In this document: positions 1-14,982 of the stretch, piece after piece | Layout: each line of letters opens with the position of its first letter | Position numbering within the stretch: position 1 is the first letter of the stretch | Source of the DNA: Octopus vulgaris | Taxonomy: Eukaryota | DNA: 64,000 nucleotides | Direction: 5' to 3' | Assembly (NCBI GenBank): GCA_951406725.2 | Contig: OX597834.1 | Coordinates: forward strand, 21,266,001-21,330,000 | The notes under the pieces: generated by a model | The model's input: only the letters and a program-made list of their open reading frames with translations | Told to the model about the DNA's origin: nothing | Database searches by the model: none | Program-made: the position numbers and the translations under genes

Positions 1-290
1 GTGCTCAGGTGCACTAAACCCCAAAGAATTCCTCTCAACACATGGCTATGATGTTCCCCCACTACTCCTGTTCATGATCAGAGATGCACTTAAGGCCACT
101 AAGAGACATGCCACTAAGGGGCATGCTCAACTGGTTAGGGTCAAACAACTGACAAGCAAATCTGTGGTATTGAGCAGAATATTTGCTGTAGCCCATCTTT
201 TATACCAGGACAAAACAATGTACATGATAACACTTCCAATCAGTTAAGATCAGAAGCCATGAGAGCCACTGCCTGGTACTGCATATTATG
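1..290 (-). mobile_element. Fragment of dispersed repeat family D (probable non-LTR retroelement 3' region)
   Basis: Positions ~30-190 (caacacatggctatgatg...gtggtattgagcagaatatttgctgt) match ~9460-9605 closely. Orientation is inferred from the (TAA)n tail of the 9135 copy. Confidence 0.55.
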
Positions 291-295
291 AGTAA

Positions 296-328
<33 letters not shown>

Positions 329-864
329 GTATAATGAGCAGTGGGTTGGGTGAAGCATTAAGGGGTTGTAAAAACACCTTGCAGCATTTGTTCTGGCATT
401 TTACATTCTGTGCCAAAGTCTCACTGAAGTCAACATTGCCTTTCATCAACAGAATAAAGTACCAGTCATGTACTGGGGTCGGCCGTATCAACTGACCCCA
501 CCCCCACTACTCACACTTCATTTTCTTGTCTTGTATCTAAAATATAACCAATTATTTTAATTATTGTTTTTTATTTTCTTCATTGGCAAATTGGATGTTA
601 AAAATAATGATGACAGTGATGATGATGATGATGATGAACAACAAGAATATTTTTGAATGAGTGTGTGTGTCCGTCCGTCCGTCTGTGTGTGTGTGTTTGT
701 AAGTGTGTGTAAATTTTTTGTCAAACAAATTGCTGACTTGAAAGAAAAATCTGGAAGACCGTTTGGAAAATCTCAACAAGTTGAGAAGTAGCATTTGAAG
801 AAGGCGTTGAGATTTCACCATTCTGAATTCTTTACATGCTGTTATATTTCTTATCACTATCGCA

Positions 865-1210
865 GCTGCCATCATCATCGTAATCATCACCATCATCACC
901 ATTTTGATCATCATCATCATCATCATTACCATTTTTATTACCATCGTTCTTGCTATCACCTTACTCCTCATTATTAACAGTTTTCTTGCTATCATCATCA
1001 CCATCAACACCATCATCATCATCATCATCACCACCATTATCATCATAACCATCATCACCATCATCATTATAATCATCATCACCATCATCATCATCACCAC
1101 CATCATCATCATAACCACTACCATCATCATCATCATCACCACCATCATCATCATCGCCATCATCACCATCATCATCATCATTATCATCATAGCCATCATC
1201 ATCATTGTTG
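865..1210. repeat. Degenerate (ATC/ACC)n trinucleotide microsatellite
   Basis: Direct reading; source of the poly-I/M/H ORFs. Confidence 0.95.
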
Positions 1211-1214
1211 TCGT

Positions 1215-1425
1215 CAAGGTGGCTACATAAGCAGGATCATTAGCATAGTATACAAAAAGGTTCAGTGGCATTCTTTACATTTTGAGTTCAAATACTGCTT
1301 CAGGTTGACTTTGCCTTTCGTCCTTTCAGAGTCGATAAGATAAATACCAGTTGCATACTGGGGTCAATGTAATCAACTCGTCCCCTCTCCTTGAAATTGC
1401 TGACCTTGAGCCAAAATTTGAAACT
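1215..1425 (+). mobile_element. SINE family B copy (diverged)
   Basis: Contains ...gagttcaaat...gttgactttgcctttcgtcctttcagagtcgataag...taccagttgcatactggggtcaatgtaatc, shared with 22020-22251 and 52908-53138. Confidence 0.8.
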
Positions 1426-1930
1426 GTCATCATCATCATCATCATCATCATCATTCTTTGCACTGTCTCTCTCCCCCACCTCTTCCACCTCCTCCTCCTC
1501 CTCCTCATTATCATCATTCTTTGCACTGTCACTCACTCCCACCTCTTCTTCCTCATCCTCATCCTCATCATCTTCATTCTTTGCACTGTCTCTCTCTCCC
1601 CCACCTCTTCCTCCTCGTCCTCCTCCTCATCATCATCATCATCATTCTTTGCACTGTCTCTCTCCCCCACCTCTTCCTCCTCGTCCTCCTCCTCCTCGTC
1701 ATTATTCTTTGCACTGTCTCTCTCCCCCACCTCTTCCTCCTCCTCCTCCTCATCATTATTCCTTTCACTGTCTCTCTCCCCCACCTCTTCCTCCTCCTCC
1801 TCCTCATCATCATTATTCCTTTCACTGTCTCTCTCCCCCACCTCTTCCTCCTCCTCATCATCATTCTTTGCACTGTCTCTCTCCCCCACCTCTTCCTCCT
1901 CCTCCTCCTCCTCATCATCATCATCATCAT
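1425..1930. repeat. Compound minisatellite, 8 units of ~48-68 bp (tcattctttgcactgtctctctcccccacctcttcc+(TCC)n+(TCA)n)
   Basis: The cactgtc core recurs at 1461, 1524, 1584, 1652, 1712, 1766, 1823 and 1871. Confidence 0.9.
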
Positions 1931-3166
1931 GATCATCATCACCATCATCATCAACATTCTCGCAATAAGTTTATCTTTCAAATTTATCTGTTTTGTTTTT
2001 TTTTTGTTTTTTTTCATTTTTTTTTTATCTAAAAATTCTTTACCGTTTCCTAATGGAGGAGGATTAACTGTAGATAAGTTGAAAGAAATAAGATTAAATT
2101 CTAAACACTAGTAGTAATGATAATAGTAATAGTAGTGGCGGCGGTGGCAGTGATGGTGGTTATGGCGATGATGTGGTGGTGGTGGCGGCGGCGGCGGCGG
2201 GCTTTTTCCACTTCTATATTCAAAGATTAAAAAACTGAAAAAAATATATAAAGCCAGTGTTTTTTTTTCTTGTAATTTTTTTTTTTGTAAATTTCTGTTT
2301 TTAATCACTTTTTAACTAAACAGAAAAATATAAAGAGATGACCAAGAAGAACTTGAAGGGTAACAACAACAACAACATCAACAGCAACAGTAACAATGAC
2401 AACAACAGTGAAAATTGTTGATTAGTTTTAAGCTGACACATGTGAAATAAGTGTTGTGTTCGCTTGCAAAGATTGAACTTGTGGCGGGTGGTGGGGGGAG
2501 CTATAAGGAAATATATTGATATATTAGGAAAGAAAGGACCAGTGAAAGGGATGGATTGATAAATGGGAGGGTGGGTGGGTAGAGAGGAGGGATTGGAGGA
2601 GGAGGAGTAAGAGAGGAAGAAGAAAAATAGAGGAGGAGGAGGAGGAGTAAGAGAGGGAGAAGAAAAAAGAAGAGGAGGAGGAGGAGGAGGAGTAAGAAGA
2701 AAAAAGAAGAGGAGGAGTAAGAGAGGAAGAAGAAAAAAGAAGAGGAGGAGGAGTTAGAGGAGTGAAGATGACATAAAACTAAGAAAAGAAGAAGTAAAAG
2801 ATTAGGAGAAGAGGAAAAGAAGACAACAAAGAAATAGGAAAAAGGAGAAGTAAAAGAAGAGGGATAGGAGGAGGAGGAGGAGGTAGAAGAAGGAGGAGAA
2901 GAAGGAGGACAACAAAAGACAACAACAACAACTGAAAGAAGCCCATTATGTGTGTGTGTGTGTGTGTGTCTTTGTGTCTGTGTGTGTCCCACACCTCTGC
3001 TTCACAACCAGTGTTGGTTGGTTTACGTCCCCTGTAACTTAGCAAAAGGAACTGATAGAATGAGTACCAAACATATAAAAAAAAAAGGAATACTAAGGAT
3101 TGATTCATTTGACTAAAATTCTGCAAGGTGATGCCCCAGTATGGCCAGCATTAAGTGAGTGAAACA

Positions 3167-3538
3167 AGTGGTTGTGTGGTAAGAAGGTTGCTTTCCATCC
3201 GCATGGTTCTAGGTTCAGCGCCACTGCGCTGCACCTTGGCCAAATGCTTTCTACAATAGCCTTGGGAAAACCAAAGCCTTGTGAGTGGATTTGGTAGATG
3301 GAAACTGAAAGAAGCCTGTTGTATATATGTGTGTTTGTGTGTCTACATTTGTGTCCCTCAACATCGCTTGACAATGAATGCTGGTGTGTTTACATGCCCT
3401 GCAACTTAGCGGTTTGGAAAAGGAGACCAATAGAATAAGTACTAGTCTTTCAAGGAATAAGTCCTGTGGATGATTTACTCGACTAAAGGTGGTGCTCCAG
3501 CATGGCTGCAGTCAAATGATTGAAACAAATAAAAGAAT
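3167..3538 (+). mobile_element. SINE family A copy (tRNA-derived head, CORE-like centre)
   Basis: Colinear with the reference copy at 45873-46292. Confidence 0.85.
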
Positions 3539-3550
3539 ATATATATTAAA

Positions 3551-3604
<54 letters not shown>

Positions 3605-3883
3605 TTATTATTATTTGAGGGAATAAAATCCAAACTTACAAGGAAAAATTCAATTTAGAAATACTAATTCTAGATGGTGTAATTTTGAATTGATAAAAGG
3701 TGGTTTTTTTCTAATTTTATATATATTTATTTATATTCACACACATGAATATGAATATATACATATATGTATATATATATATATATATACACAAGCATTT
3801 ATATAAATATATATATATGTATATATATGTGTTCCTTCCTACATATATACACTCATATACACACATATATATATGTGTGTGTG

Positions 3884-3915
<32 letters not shown>

Positions 3916-4278
3916 TATATATATACGTGTGTATATGAGTGTATATATGTAGGAAGGAACAAGGCACACACAATTTGAAATCCAAACTCTTATATACTCA
4001 TTAGGTAACCAAACACCAGCGAGACGGGGGGCTGCTAAAATCAACAGTGTCTCTGCAAGATGTACTTATTTATATATTTTTCATTCTTCATTCAGATCCG
4101 ACCTGGCTTTCTCTCCCACAATGGTCCCTTCTTCCTATTTCCACTTCTTCTCCAAGACTAACGCATTTCACATCTTTAGATGTTCTCCATATTATTCTTT
4201 TGCCCCGGAGCCCCTTCCAGCCCCGCTTTTCGCTTGATATTTAATCTTTTGCAGAAAGTCATGAACCTACATACAGAG

Positions 4279-4361
<83 letters not shown>

Positions 4362-5915
4362 CGTGTGTATATATGTGTATTCGCAAATATATATATAGTC
4401 TCATATATGTACAGATACAAACACACAAATGCATACAGGTTGTATACAGTGGAAACCAGGTTCCGACAAGAGATCTTGCTGATTCACCATCAGCTACGAA
4501 GACCAATTAACAAGTTGACTAGAAAAGTCCCTATGTGGTCGCTCAGTTTGCTAGAAATACTGACTAAATTTATTTAAGATTACACCCTATTATCTTGGGA
4601 AAAAAAAAGAAGCAAGTAAAAAATACACGACAGGTGCAGTGATCTGGTGCACTGATCTGGCAGTGATTCTACAGCTGGATGCCCTTCCTAATGCCAACCA
4701 TTCCGAGAGTGTAGTGGGTGATTTTTACGTGCCACCTGCACAGAATTGTAAAATATTTATATATATATATATATTATTATCATCATCGTTTAATGTCCCC
4801 TTAAAATGATGATTATTATATATATATATCTATGAGTATGTGTCTTTGTGTGTCTCTGTTTGTCTCCCACCATTGCTTGACAACTGGTGTTGGTGTGTTT
4901 ACATCCTCATAACTTAGCAGATCAGCAAAAGAGAAGACCAATAGAATAAGTACTAGGTTTAAAACGATAAGCCCTGGAATCACTTTGTTCAACTAAAACC
5001 CTTCAAGGTGGTGCCCCAGCATGGCCACAGTCAAATGACTGAAATGAGTAAAATTAACAATCACCTGCAACTTGTCCTTTTGTGTCCTTCCTTCTTTTTT
5101 TTCTTCTCAATCCTTTAATGGAAAAATTTCTTCTGAGATTTAATATTAATAATTCCTTGGAATATTCAACCAAAATTAATGAATTTCCTTAATTAATGTT
5201 ACAAATTCTGACAGCCAATACCTCAGCTTCTGACCCCATCCCAGCTGATCCTTAACCACAAGACATTCTGTTTTTAAGGTGTCAAATCTATATAACCTTT
5301 TTCTTGAAAGTATGGACCCTTGCTATAATTCCATTGTTCTGCAGAAAAACGGCAGATCAATAATGAACAATCTATTATCCTTTTATGTACACAAGCTACA
5401 CTATCTAAATACAGAGATTTTTCCGTTATTCAAAAGCAGCCACTTATATAAAGGCTTATATTTCCAAGATGTAATTACGGAATCATATTTATTGTGTAAA
5501 TGGAAATTTCCTGGTATTCCAAAGACTTAATAATTCTTCTGACCTTCCTCATTATTAGTTTCAGCTGTGTTGCCATTCTGTGTTCATTATGTACTCTCAT
5601 CTGGACGTTAATTTCAGAAGCATATGCCACTTTATGAGAGTAAAAGGTTTGGGTCTTTTAGAAAACTTATACTAACAAAACCCGTGATTGAATATAATTC
5701 ACCATTAGGTTAATTCTATATTTTTCAGTAACTATAGCTGTCCATCTGTCTGTCTATCTATGTATCTATCTGCATGTCTCTCTGTCTGTCTTTCCATCCA
5801 TCCATCCATCCATCCATCCATCCAGCCATCCATCCATCCATCCATCTGTCTACTTTATATCTATCTGTCTTTCTGTCTGTCTATCTATTTATCTATCTGT
5901 ATATCTATCTATCTA

Positions 5916-5948
<33 letters not shown>

Positions 5949-5971
5949 TTATCTATCTGTATATCTATCTA

Positions 5972-6012
<41 letters not shown>

Positions 6013-6681
6013 TTATCTATCTGTATATCTGTCTATCTATCTATCTATCTATCTTTCTACTTTCATTTCTATCAGTCTTTTTATTTCTCTTTTTATCTGT
6101 GTCTGTCTGTCTCTTTCTCTCTCTCTCTCTCCCCCTCTCTCTCTCTCGATATATATATATATATATATATACATACAAGTGAGTAGACAAATGGAAAGGC
6201 ACTCAGCACATTTATTGGGCATTATATGTATGGATCAAAACAGTTTGATTCAAACTCCTTGGTACTCTAAATTTCAAGTGTGTCGTTATTCCGAGGAGTT
6301 TGAATCAAACTGCTTTGATCCGTGTGTGTGTGTATTTCCCCCCACTAATGTAGAGACACTCTGCCTTCAGAAAAAGTCTATTTAATCTTTTTTCCTTTAA
6401 AGTTCTTTGAAAACTGAAAGATTTTTATCGAGTTTTCTCTTTCCATCAAAGAAGGGGGGAAAAAAACTGGGCCAAACGGAGACTTTTCTTCAACATCAAA
6501 GGTCACTGACAGCTAGACTAATCTTCTAACGAATCTTACTTGAGATTTAATTAATTGTCTCATGAAAGGTGAGCGAGGGATTAAGGTATCTGGTGAGGTG
6601 TGGAATGAGAGGTGCATCAGAATCAAAGAAGGAAGTTTAATTATAGAGAGAATATAAATCTGTGAATGATTTATCTTCTTT

Positions 6682-7073
6682 TTCTTTTTTACTTGTTTCA
6701 GTCATTAGGCCATGGCCATGCTGGAACACCACCTTGAAGAAGTTTTAGGTGAACAAATCAGCCCTAGTACTTATTTACCTTTCTTTAACTTTGGAGCTTA
6801 TTGTATTATTATTTTTTTGTTTGTTTGCTGAACTGCTAAGTTACAGGGATGTAAACACACCAACACATGTAGGGGAACAAACACATATACAAACACACTC
6901 ACACACACACATATGACAGGCTTCTTTCAGGTTCCGTCTACCAAATCCATACACAAGGCTTTGGTTGGCCCACGGCTACATTAGAAGACACTTGCCTAAG
7001 TTGCTATGTAGTGGGACTGAACCCAGAAACATGTGGTTGTGAAGTAAGCTTCTTATCCCGCAGCCACACCTGC
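6682..7073 (-). mobile_element. SINE family A copy
   Basis: Reverse complement of family A, from the tail (tttacttgtttcagtcatt) to the head (cagccacacctgca). Confidence 0.85.
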
Positions 7074-8883
7074 AACTATTTTCATTAAATGTTTGCTAAA
7101 CAGACCACAACATCCACTGATGCTGGTGTGACATAGAAAGCCCCAGTCTTCTCTGTAAAGTAGATGGCATTATGAAGGGCATTCAGCCGTGAGATCTGGG
7201 GGCCCTAGCATTACTACCTCTAGTCAAACCATCCACCACATGCCAGCATGGAAAATGGACATTACATGATGATGATGAAGATGATGTTAGTTCTACACGC
7301 CCTATTGTTGGGTGATATTGTCCTCGGTAATGCGGCCTTGGATAGCCCACAATTGAGAAGTATAGTTCTGGGTGGCCCATCTGCTAATCCAAACAAAAGG
7401 ATGGGATGGCCACTGCCTGAATACTTTTGATCATAGATCTAGTTCATTCAAAGCCCAAACTGAAGGTTGAAGAACAACAATGACAGCAACATCAATGTAA
7501 GGTCTATCAGCTAATGTCACCTCCCATCCATCTCCTCCCTTTCTTCTCCACAAAAGGTCACCATGACCTGGATCTGACTTTCTGTCAGATGTCAATCTGT
7601 TCTATCTCTGCTTATCTATTATTCTGTGTATTTGACATGATGTTTCAACCCGCTTCAAGTGGGAAACTTGCCTCTGATTTTGGAATCTTGGATCAGTTCA
7701 GAAAGATTCGCAGAGGAATCTTTCTGAAGGAAGTTGGGGAGAGAGAGGAAGGGGAAGAAAGAGAGAGAGAGAGAAAGATGAGAGAGTGAGTGATACACGT
7801 CACACATCACATACACACATACATCATTACGTATGCATACACCATCACTCACACACATATACATGCCAGTACACAGACACACACACACCATTATATATTA
7901 ATCATATATACATACACTATTATTTATATATACATGCCCTATCACAGATGCACATCATTGCACATGCACACACCACGGTATATATACCATCCTATTTGAG
8001 TGCACAATTCTACACACACACATGCATACAGGCATACACACCCTATCTGCTATTATATGATATGATATCACAAGTACAGAAATTCGACAGATCATGATGA
8101 AAAGAACAGAAGAAAGAATCCACATTGCTGCTCACGTGTCATCACCATCGCCGCCGCCAACACCATCAGCTATGACTGTCGTCATCATCACCGTCATCAT
8201 CATCATCATCATCATCATTTTCAGCTTCATTATTACAAACATCATCTCCACCACTGCCATCAACTACAGCAGTCGTCATCATAATCATCGCTACCAGCAG
8301 CACCACCACCAACATCACCACTACCGCTGCTGCCACCATTAACTATGTAACTGTCATCATCATCATCATCATCACCATAAACACCACCAACACCATCACC
8401 ATCGTAACTACCACCACCATCATAACTGCCACCACCATCACCACCATCAACTAGGACCATCGATCACTGTCACCGTCATCATCACCATCACCATCACCGC
8501 CATCACTACCACCTCCTGCATCTTCACTACCATCATTATTACCACCACCACCACCACCACCACCACCAGCATTATCATCGCCATCATCATCATCATCATC
8601 ACAGTATGAGGATCCTTCAAGTAAATCAATGTGTGTGTGTGTGTGTGTATGTGTGTGTGTATTACCATTCATATTAATATTCATGCAGAATCAGAATCCA
8701 AGAAAATTAGGGGGGAAGGAGCAGTGTGTGGTGTTGGTGGTGGTGTTGGGGGTGACATTTACCAAATTTTCTCCGTTGCACACAAAATTACTTTATTGAT
8801 CTGTTTCTTTTATCAGTTTCTATCATTGCTTTCATTTTCTCCTTCTCCAGATTTCTTCTGTCTACTCTTCCTTCTTCAAATTA

Positions 8884-8939
<56 letters not shown>

Positions 8940-9134
8940 GCAGCTGGTGGAATCCTTAGCACTGCTTAGTGCAATTGGTCCATCTTTACATTCTAAGTTC
9001 AAAATCCACCGGAGGCAACTTTGCTTTTCATCCTCTCGAGATCGATAAACTAAGGACCAGTGAAACACTGTAGTCGATGTAATCAACTGGTCCCCTCCCA
9101 CAAAATTTCAGGCCTTGTGCCTATAGTAGAAAGG

Positions 9135-9605
9135 ATTATTATTATTATAATTGAGTGAGAGAGCAGTGCATGCCATCAAAATGACACTAAGGTAAAATAT
9201 ATGAAGCCCAGTATACTCATCATGACTACCCGTCTAATAAGGGTACACCAGGCACATGCTTCACAACCATATGTGTGCGACATGGTGATCTCATATCAAG
9301 ATAAACAGTGCATGACCTTGCAGGTGGGGCCCAGTTAGAATTTTCTTCTAGTCGAGTAACCCATCCCACTCAAAAGGTCTCTGAATAAGGATTGTTTAAG
9401 GATGTTGAATGAACCATCCATTTTTCCAAAGGTGAATTATCCAAACCTCTAACAATTATTTTCAACACATGGCTATGATGCTCCCCCACTACTTCTGCTC
9501 ATGATCAGAGATGCACATATCGTCATTCACTAAGGGACATGCTCAAATGGTTACGGTCAAACAACTGAGAAGCGAATCTGTGGTATTGAGCAGAATATTT
9601 GCTGT
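9135..9605 (-). mobile_element. Dispersed repeat family D with (TAA)n tail on the minus strand
   Basis: Shares ~160 bp with 1-290 and abuts an (ATT)n run at its left end. No recognisable domain on manual translation. Confidence 0.55.
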
Positions 9606-10082
9606 CACCCTGTCAGTCCTGGTGCCACCCTGCCAATGCTGGTCCCAAATAAAGCACACCCAGTACACTTTGTAAAGTTGTTAGCATTAGGAAGAGCATT
9701 CAGCCGTAGAAACCAAGCCAAAAACGGACAATGCCACCTGATGTGGATCACTGGAAAGTCCCTCAATGATGAGGAGCTAAAAACCAGGTGAAACAAATAA
9801 CTTTGTAGGTGAACTAGAACGGTGGACATCACTGTTTCACTGTGATTTCAGCTCATCAGCACCATATACTTGAGTCATCCTCAAAGGGAATTTGAAATAC
9901 TGCAACCAAAAAGCATTTAAAGAAAACATACGTTAAGGATGTGACATCAATAATGTGTGTGTGTGTGTATGTGCGTGTGTGTGTGTGTGTGTTTTCTTAG
10001 AAGGAATTTAGAAGTATGAGAATGTGTTTGAATGTATAATGTGTATGCATGCAAGGTGGTTTTGCATATATAGATATATATA

Positions 10083-10123
<41 letters not shown>

Positions 10124-10475
10124 TATATAGATATATATATATGCATGCAGATATATATATATATATACACGCATACATATATATCATATATTAGAAGATA
10201 TTCACAACAAAATAACAAGAATAATATTAAATATATATTTTTTAAATACAAAACTATTTAAATGCGAAAGTGTCTTTTGAACACCCCCACCTCTATTATA
10301 TATAAATTTCATATGTGTGTGCATGTGCATTATATATGTATGTATGTATGTAAATAACTCACTTTCCTCATCCACCTCTTAAGTCTGAGAAAATGTTTTA
10401 AAATTTCAAAAAAAAAAAAATCTGAGTTCATTTCCTTTCAAAATATATCTGGTCTTTTAATGTTTTATTGAATAT

Positions 10476-10476
10476 G

Positions 10477-10518
<42 letters not shown>

Positions 10519-10601
10519 TGATGATGATGATGATGATAATAATAAAAATAATAATAATGATTATAATATTAATGATGATGATGATAATAATAATAATAAT
10601 G

Positions 10602-10641
<40 letters not shown>

Positions 10642-10687
10642 TAATAATGATTATGATATTAATGATGATGATAATAATAATAATAAT

Positions 10688-10731
<44 letters not shown>

Positions 10732-10800
10732 TTATGATATTAATGATGATGATGATAATAATAATAATGATAATAATAATAATAATAATAATAATAATCA
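10476..10800. repeat. (AAT)n/(GAT)n microsatellite with internally duplicated interruptions
   Basis: Direct reading; atgattat(g/a)atattaatgatgatg recurs three times. Confidence 0.95.
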
Positions 10801-11502
10801 CCTATGCATGTTCATATGTCTGTGATTAAATTTTTTTAACAGATGTAAAAAGAAAACTACACTCTACATATATTATCTTGGCTTTCGACTATATTTTCCT
10901 CAAATATGACATACATTCGACATTCTGGTATTCGTCACTGCTATATATATATATATGTATATTTATATATGCATATGCATGCACATTTTTGCATATAAAT
11001 ATGTATATATATATATATGTTGTTGTTTATAGACTTGTGTTCATCTGTTCTTCTACATAACTGTGCAGCCTTATCTTGCAGTCAAGTTCGTTATTTCGTC
11101 ATGTGAAGTTATAGAGTGTTGAGTTAGCTTCAAACTCCCACAGAAGATATGTGTATTCAACCCTGAGTATTTGTGTTGATAAACCACAAAATAGATACCC
11201 TGTGCTCTCATATACACATGCACACATACACACACACATACATGCACGCATGCATGTGCATGTATATGCATGCAGACATATACTTTTGCTCAATGCTTAA
11301 ACATCCATTTTTCCATCTTGCATGGGTTGGACAAATATAAATATGGATATACATGTGTACACATACACATACACACACACATGCACATACATACATACAG
11401 GCATGTATATATTTGTGTGTATCTGTATACATGTATGTATATATATGTATGTGTGTGTCTGTATATATATGTGTGTGTGTATATATATACATACACACAC
11501 AG

Positions 11503-11548
<46 letters not shown>

Positions 11549-12153
11549 GTATATATGTCAGTGTATATATATATATATATATATATACAAGTGTATGTGT
11601 GTAAATACACACACGTATGTATTTATCTCTTAATGTCTCAGAATCTCAAAATTCATTGAAAATTTAGAAAAATGATAAAATACAACGAAAATAAAACACA
11701 CAATAAACAAGACATTTACCATTTTTTTCCCCTCATAGAAATCTTACCATTTTTGGAAGATAATTTTCTTACAGTTCCAGTCAATTCCATGTCATTTTAC
11801 CTTCCTCCACTTCGTTTGTAAGGAGCTGGGAGCACACTCCTTAGTTCAAACGTACACAATGAGTCATAGAGGAGTAATTGATAACTACGGAATCATTGCA
11901 AATGAAGGAATATTTTACCGAAATAAAGAATTTCGGCAACAGTTTATTATTTGTGAACAAGTGACTTGTTTAGTTTTTATTTGTTGATTTTTCTCACCAT
12001 ATTTATACATGCATGAATGCATGCACATGCCTGCATACTCATGTATGTGCAGATGCACACAAATATACATCTTCATACCCATACACACATACACATATAT
12101 ATCATATATACATACATACCTACACATACCTACTCACCTAAATATTTATATGT

Positions 12154-12199
<46 letters not shown>

Positions 12200-12468
12200 G
12201 CGTGTATAAATATATTCTTGCACATACATGTGTGTATTTATATACATATATATATATATAAACATATACATGTGTATATACATACATATATATATATATG
12301 TATGTATGTATGTATAGATAGATAGATAGATAGATATATAGGTAGATATACATATATGCATATATGCATACACACACATATAATACACATGTATATGTAT
12401 ACATGTGTGTATATACATATACACATATATACATATAATACATGTATTTGTATATACAAGTGTGTGTG

Positions 12469-12511
<43 letters not shown>

Positions 12512-13271
12512 GCATATATACATATATATGTGTGTGTGTGTGTGTGTATACATACATATATGTGTGTGTGTGTGTCTATATACGTATATATGTATGTTTA
12601 TGAGTCGATGTATATATATATATAATTTGACAAAGCGTTATTAAATATTTCTTGAAATGAGAGTACAGAATTAATACAAGAAGGCAACAAAAACAACAAC
12701 ATCAACACCATCACCACCACCAACACCACAACCAACAACAAGAACAACAACAACATATTTGATTCCCAGACACCATGCACCTAAATGCTCTCTAAACAAC
12801 ATCCCAGCAATAAAAGGTTAATTTATACATATATATATACATATATATATATATGTTTTGTATCTTTTTCTCATCTTTTCCTCTCTCGTCTTAGATCTCT
12901 CCTTTCCATACTCTTTAAAGGAAGCAACTTTAAGAAATTAGGAGGCATTCCAATGAAAAGGAAACGCTATTATAACAACCAAGGGCTTTATCTAAATTTA
13001 TTCAAACTAATTTCTCAGACACCACTTTTTTTTTATATATATATATATTTTATTTTTTTTTATATTTATTTTTATGTTTATTCTTTTTATTATTTTCATC
13101 ATTATCATTATTGATCTTGTTCTTGTTATCATCATCATCATTATAATCATCATCATTATCTTCCCCCTCCTTCTGCCCCTCCGCATTACCATCATCATCT
13201 TCATCAGCATTATTATTGTTGTTGTGGTTATTATTATTATTAATTTTCTTCTTCTTCTTCGTCTTCTTCTT

Positions 13272-13303
<32 letters not shown>

Positions 13304-13335
13304 TATGATTATTATCATTATCATTATTATTATTA

Positions 13336-13410
<75 letters not shown>

Positions 13411-13923
13411 GCTGTGGTTTTTCTCTTTTGCAATGTGAATAGCAAAAAGAAAGAAAATGTAGAAAAGAAGTATTCAACTGTGTGTGGGTTTTTTTAAAAA
13501 ATTTTTATGTGAGCTTTTTTTATCAGAAAATCTTGGTTTATTTATTTATTTATTTATTTATTTTTTTGTGAGGTGCATGATGGGGGTGGGGCTGATTATT
13601 TTTATTGGTTGTTTTTTGTTTTAGTTTTTTAGTCATTTACGTATTTTTTAATTTTTTATAGCTCCACTATTTTTGTTCTTTTTTGTCTTTTATCTTTTTC
13701 TTCTCATTTTCCATGGTCTTTTTCATTCACAAAGTTACTTTTATACAAGTTTAAGCCATTAAATAAAGACTCGTGGCTAGACATTATGCATATTATCTCT
13801 GCATATGGGCAATATATGCATATGCATGCATACATGTATATGTGTACATATAGATATATATATATGTGCTCATATATACATATTTATATGCACTTATATA
13901 TATAAATGTACATATATATGTGC

Positions 13924-14023
<100 letters not shown>

Positions 14024-14634
14024 GTTTGTGTATATGTTTACATGGGAGTTAGTCTACACTTAAATGTATATGTATAAATATGTCTATATTTATGCATGCA
14101 TAATACATACACACTCATACATACATGCATACATACATACACACATACATACATGCATAGATACATACACACATACATACATACATGCATGCATACATAC
14201 ATACACACATACATACATACACACATGCATGCACACATACATACACACATACATACATACATACACACACATACACACACACACACACACATACATACAT
14301 ACATACATACATAGAACCCGGAACCATGTGATTTGTAAGTAAGCTACTTACCACACAGCCACTCCTATGCCATATATACACATACACACATGCATGCACA
14401 CACACATGCGTTTAGTGTTCATTTTTTGTTTACTTGTTTCACTCATTAGAGCGTGACCATGCTGGGGCACCACTTTAAATAGTTTCACTCAGAAACTGAA
14501 TCATGTGCTTATTGTTTTTGAAGTCTGGTATTAATTCTATATGTATCTTACCAAACCACTAGGTCATAGAACAGAAACAAACCAACACCGGTTGTCAAGT
14601 AGTAAAAGGGGTACAAACACAGAAACATATTCTC

Positions 14635-14966
14635 TCTCTTTTACCTGTTTCAGTCATTTGACTGGAGCACTGCCTTTAATCGAGCAACTCGACCCCGGGA
14701 CTTATTCTTTCGTAAGCCCAGTACTTATTCTATCGGTCTCTTTTGCCGAACCACTAAGTAACAGGGACATAAACACACCAGCATCGGTTGTCAAGCAATG
14801 CTAGGGGGACAAACACACTCACACAAACACATACACGCATATATATATATTTGGTCGGCCAGAGGCTATAGTAGAAGACACATGCTCAAGGTGCCACGCA
14901 GTGGGACTGAACCCGGAACCATGTGGTTGGTAAACAAGCTACTTACCACACAGCCACTCCTGCGCC
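14635..14966 (-). mobile_element. SINE family A copy with internal deletion
   Basis: Ends ...ccacacagccactcctgcgcc, the reverse complement of head GGCGCAGGAGTGGCTGTGTGG. Confidence 0.85.
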
Positions 14967-14982
14967 TGATAGTATCATATTA

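Noticed and set aside
561-2111. Long ORFs (193-236 aa) rich in M/I/S/P/H
   Set aside because: Translations of trinucleotide repeats and a minisatellite; open in several frames on both strands; no domain.
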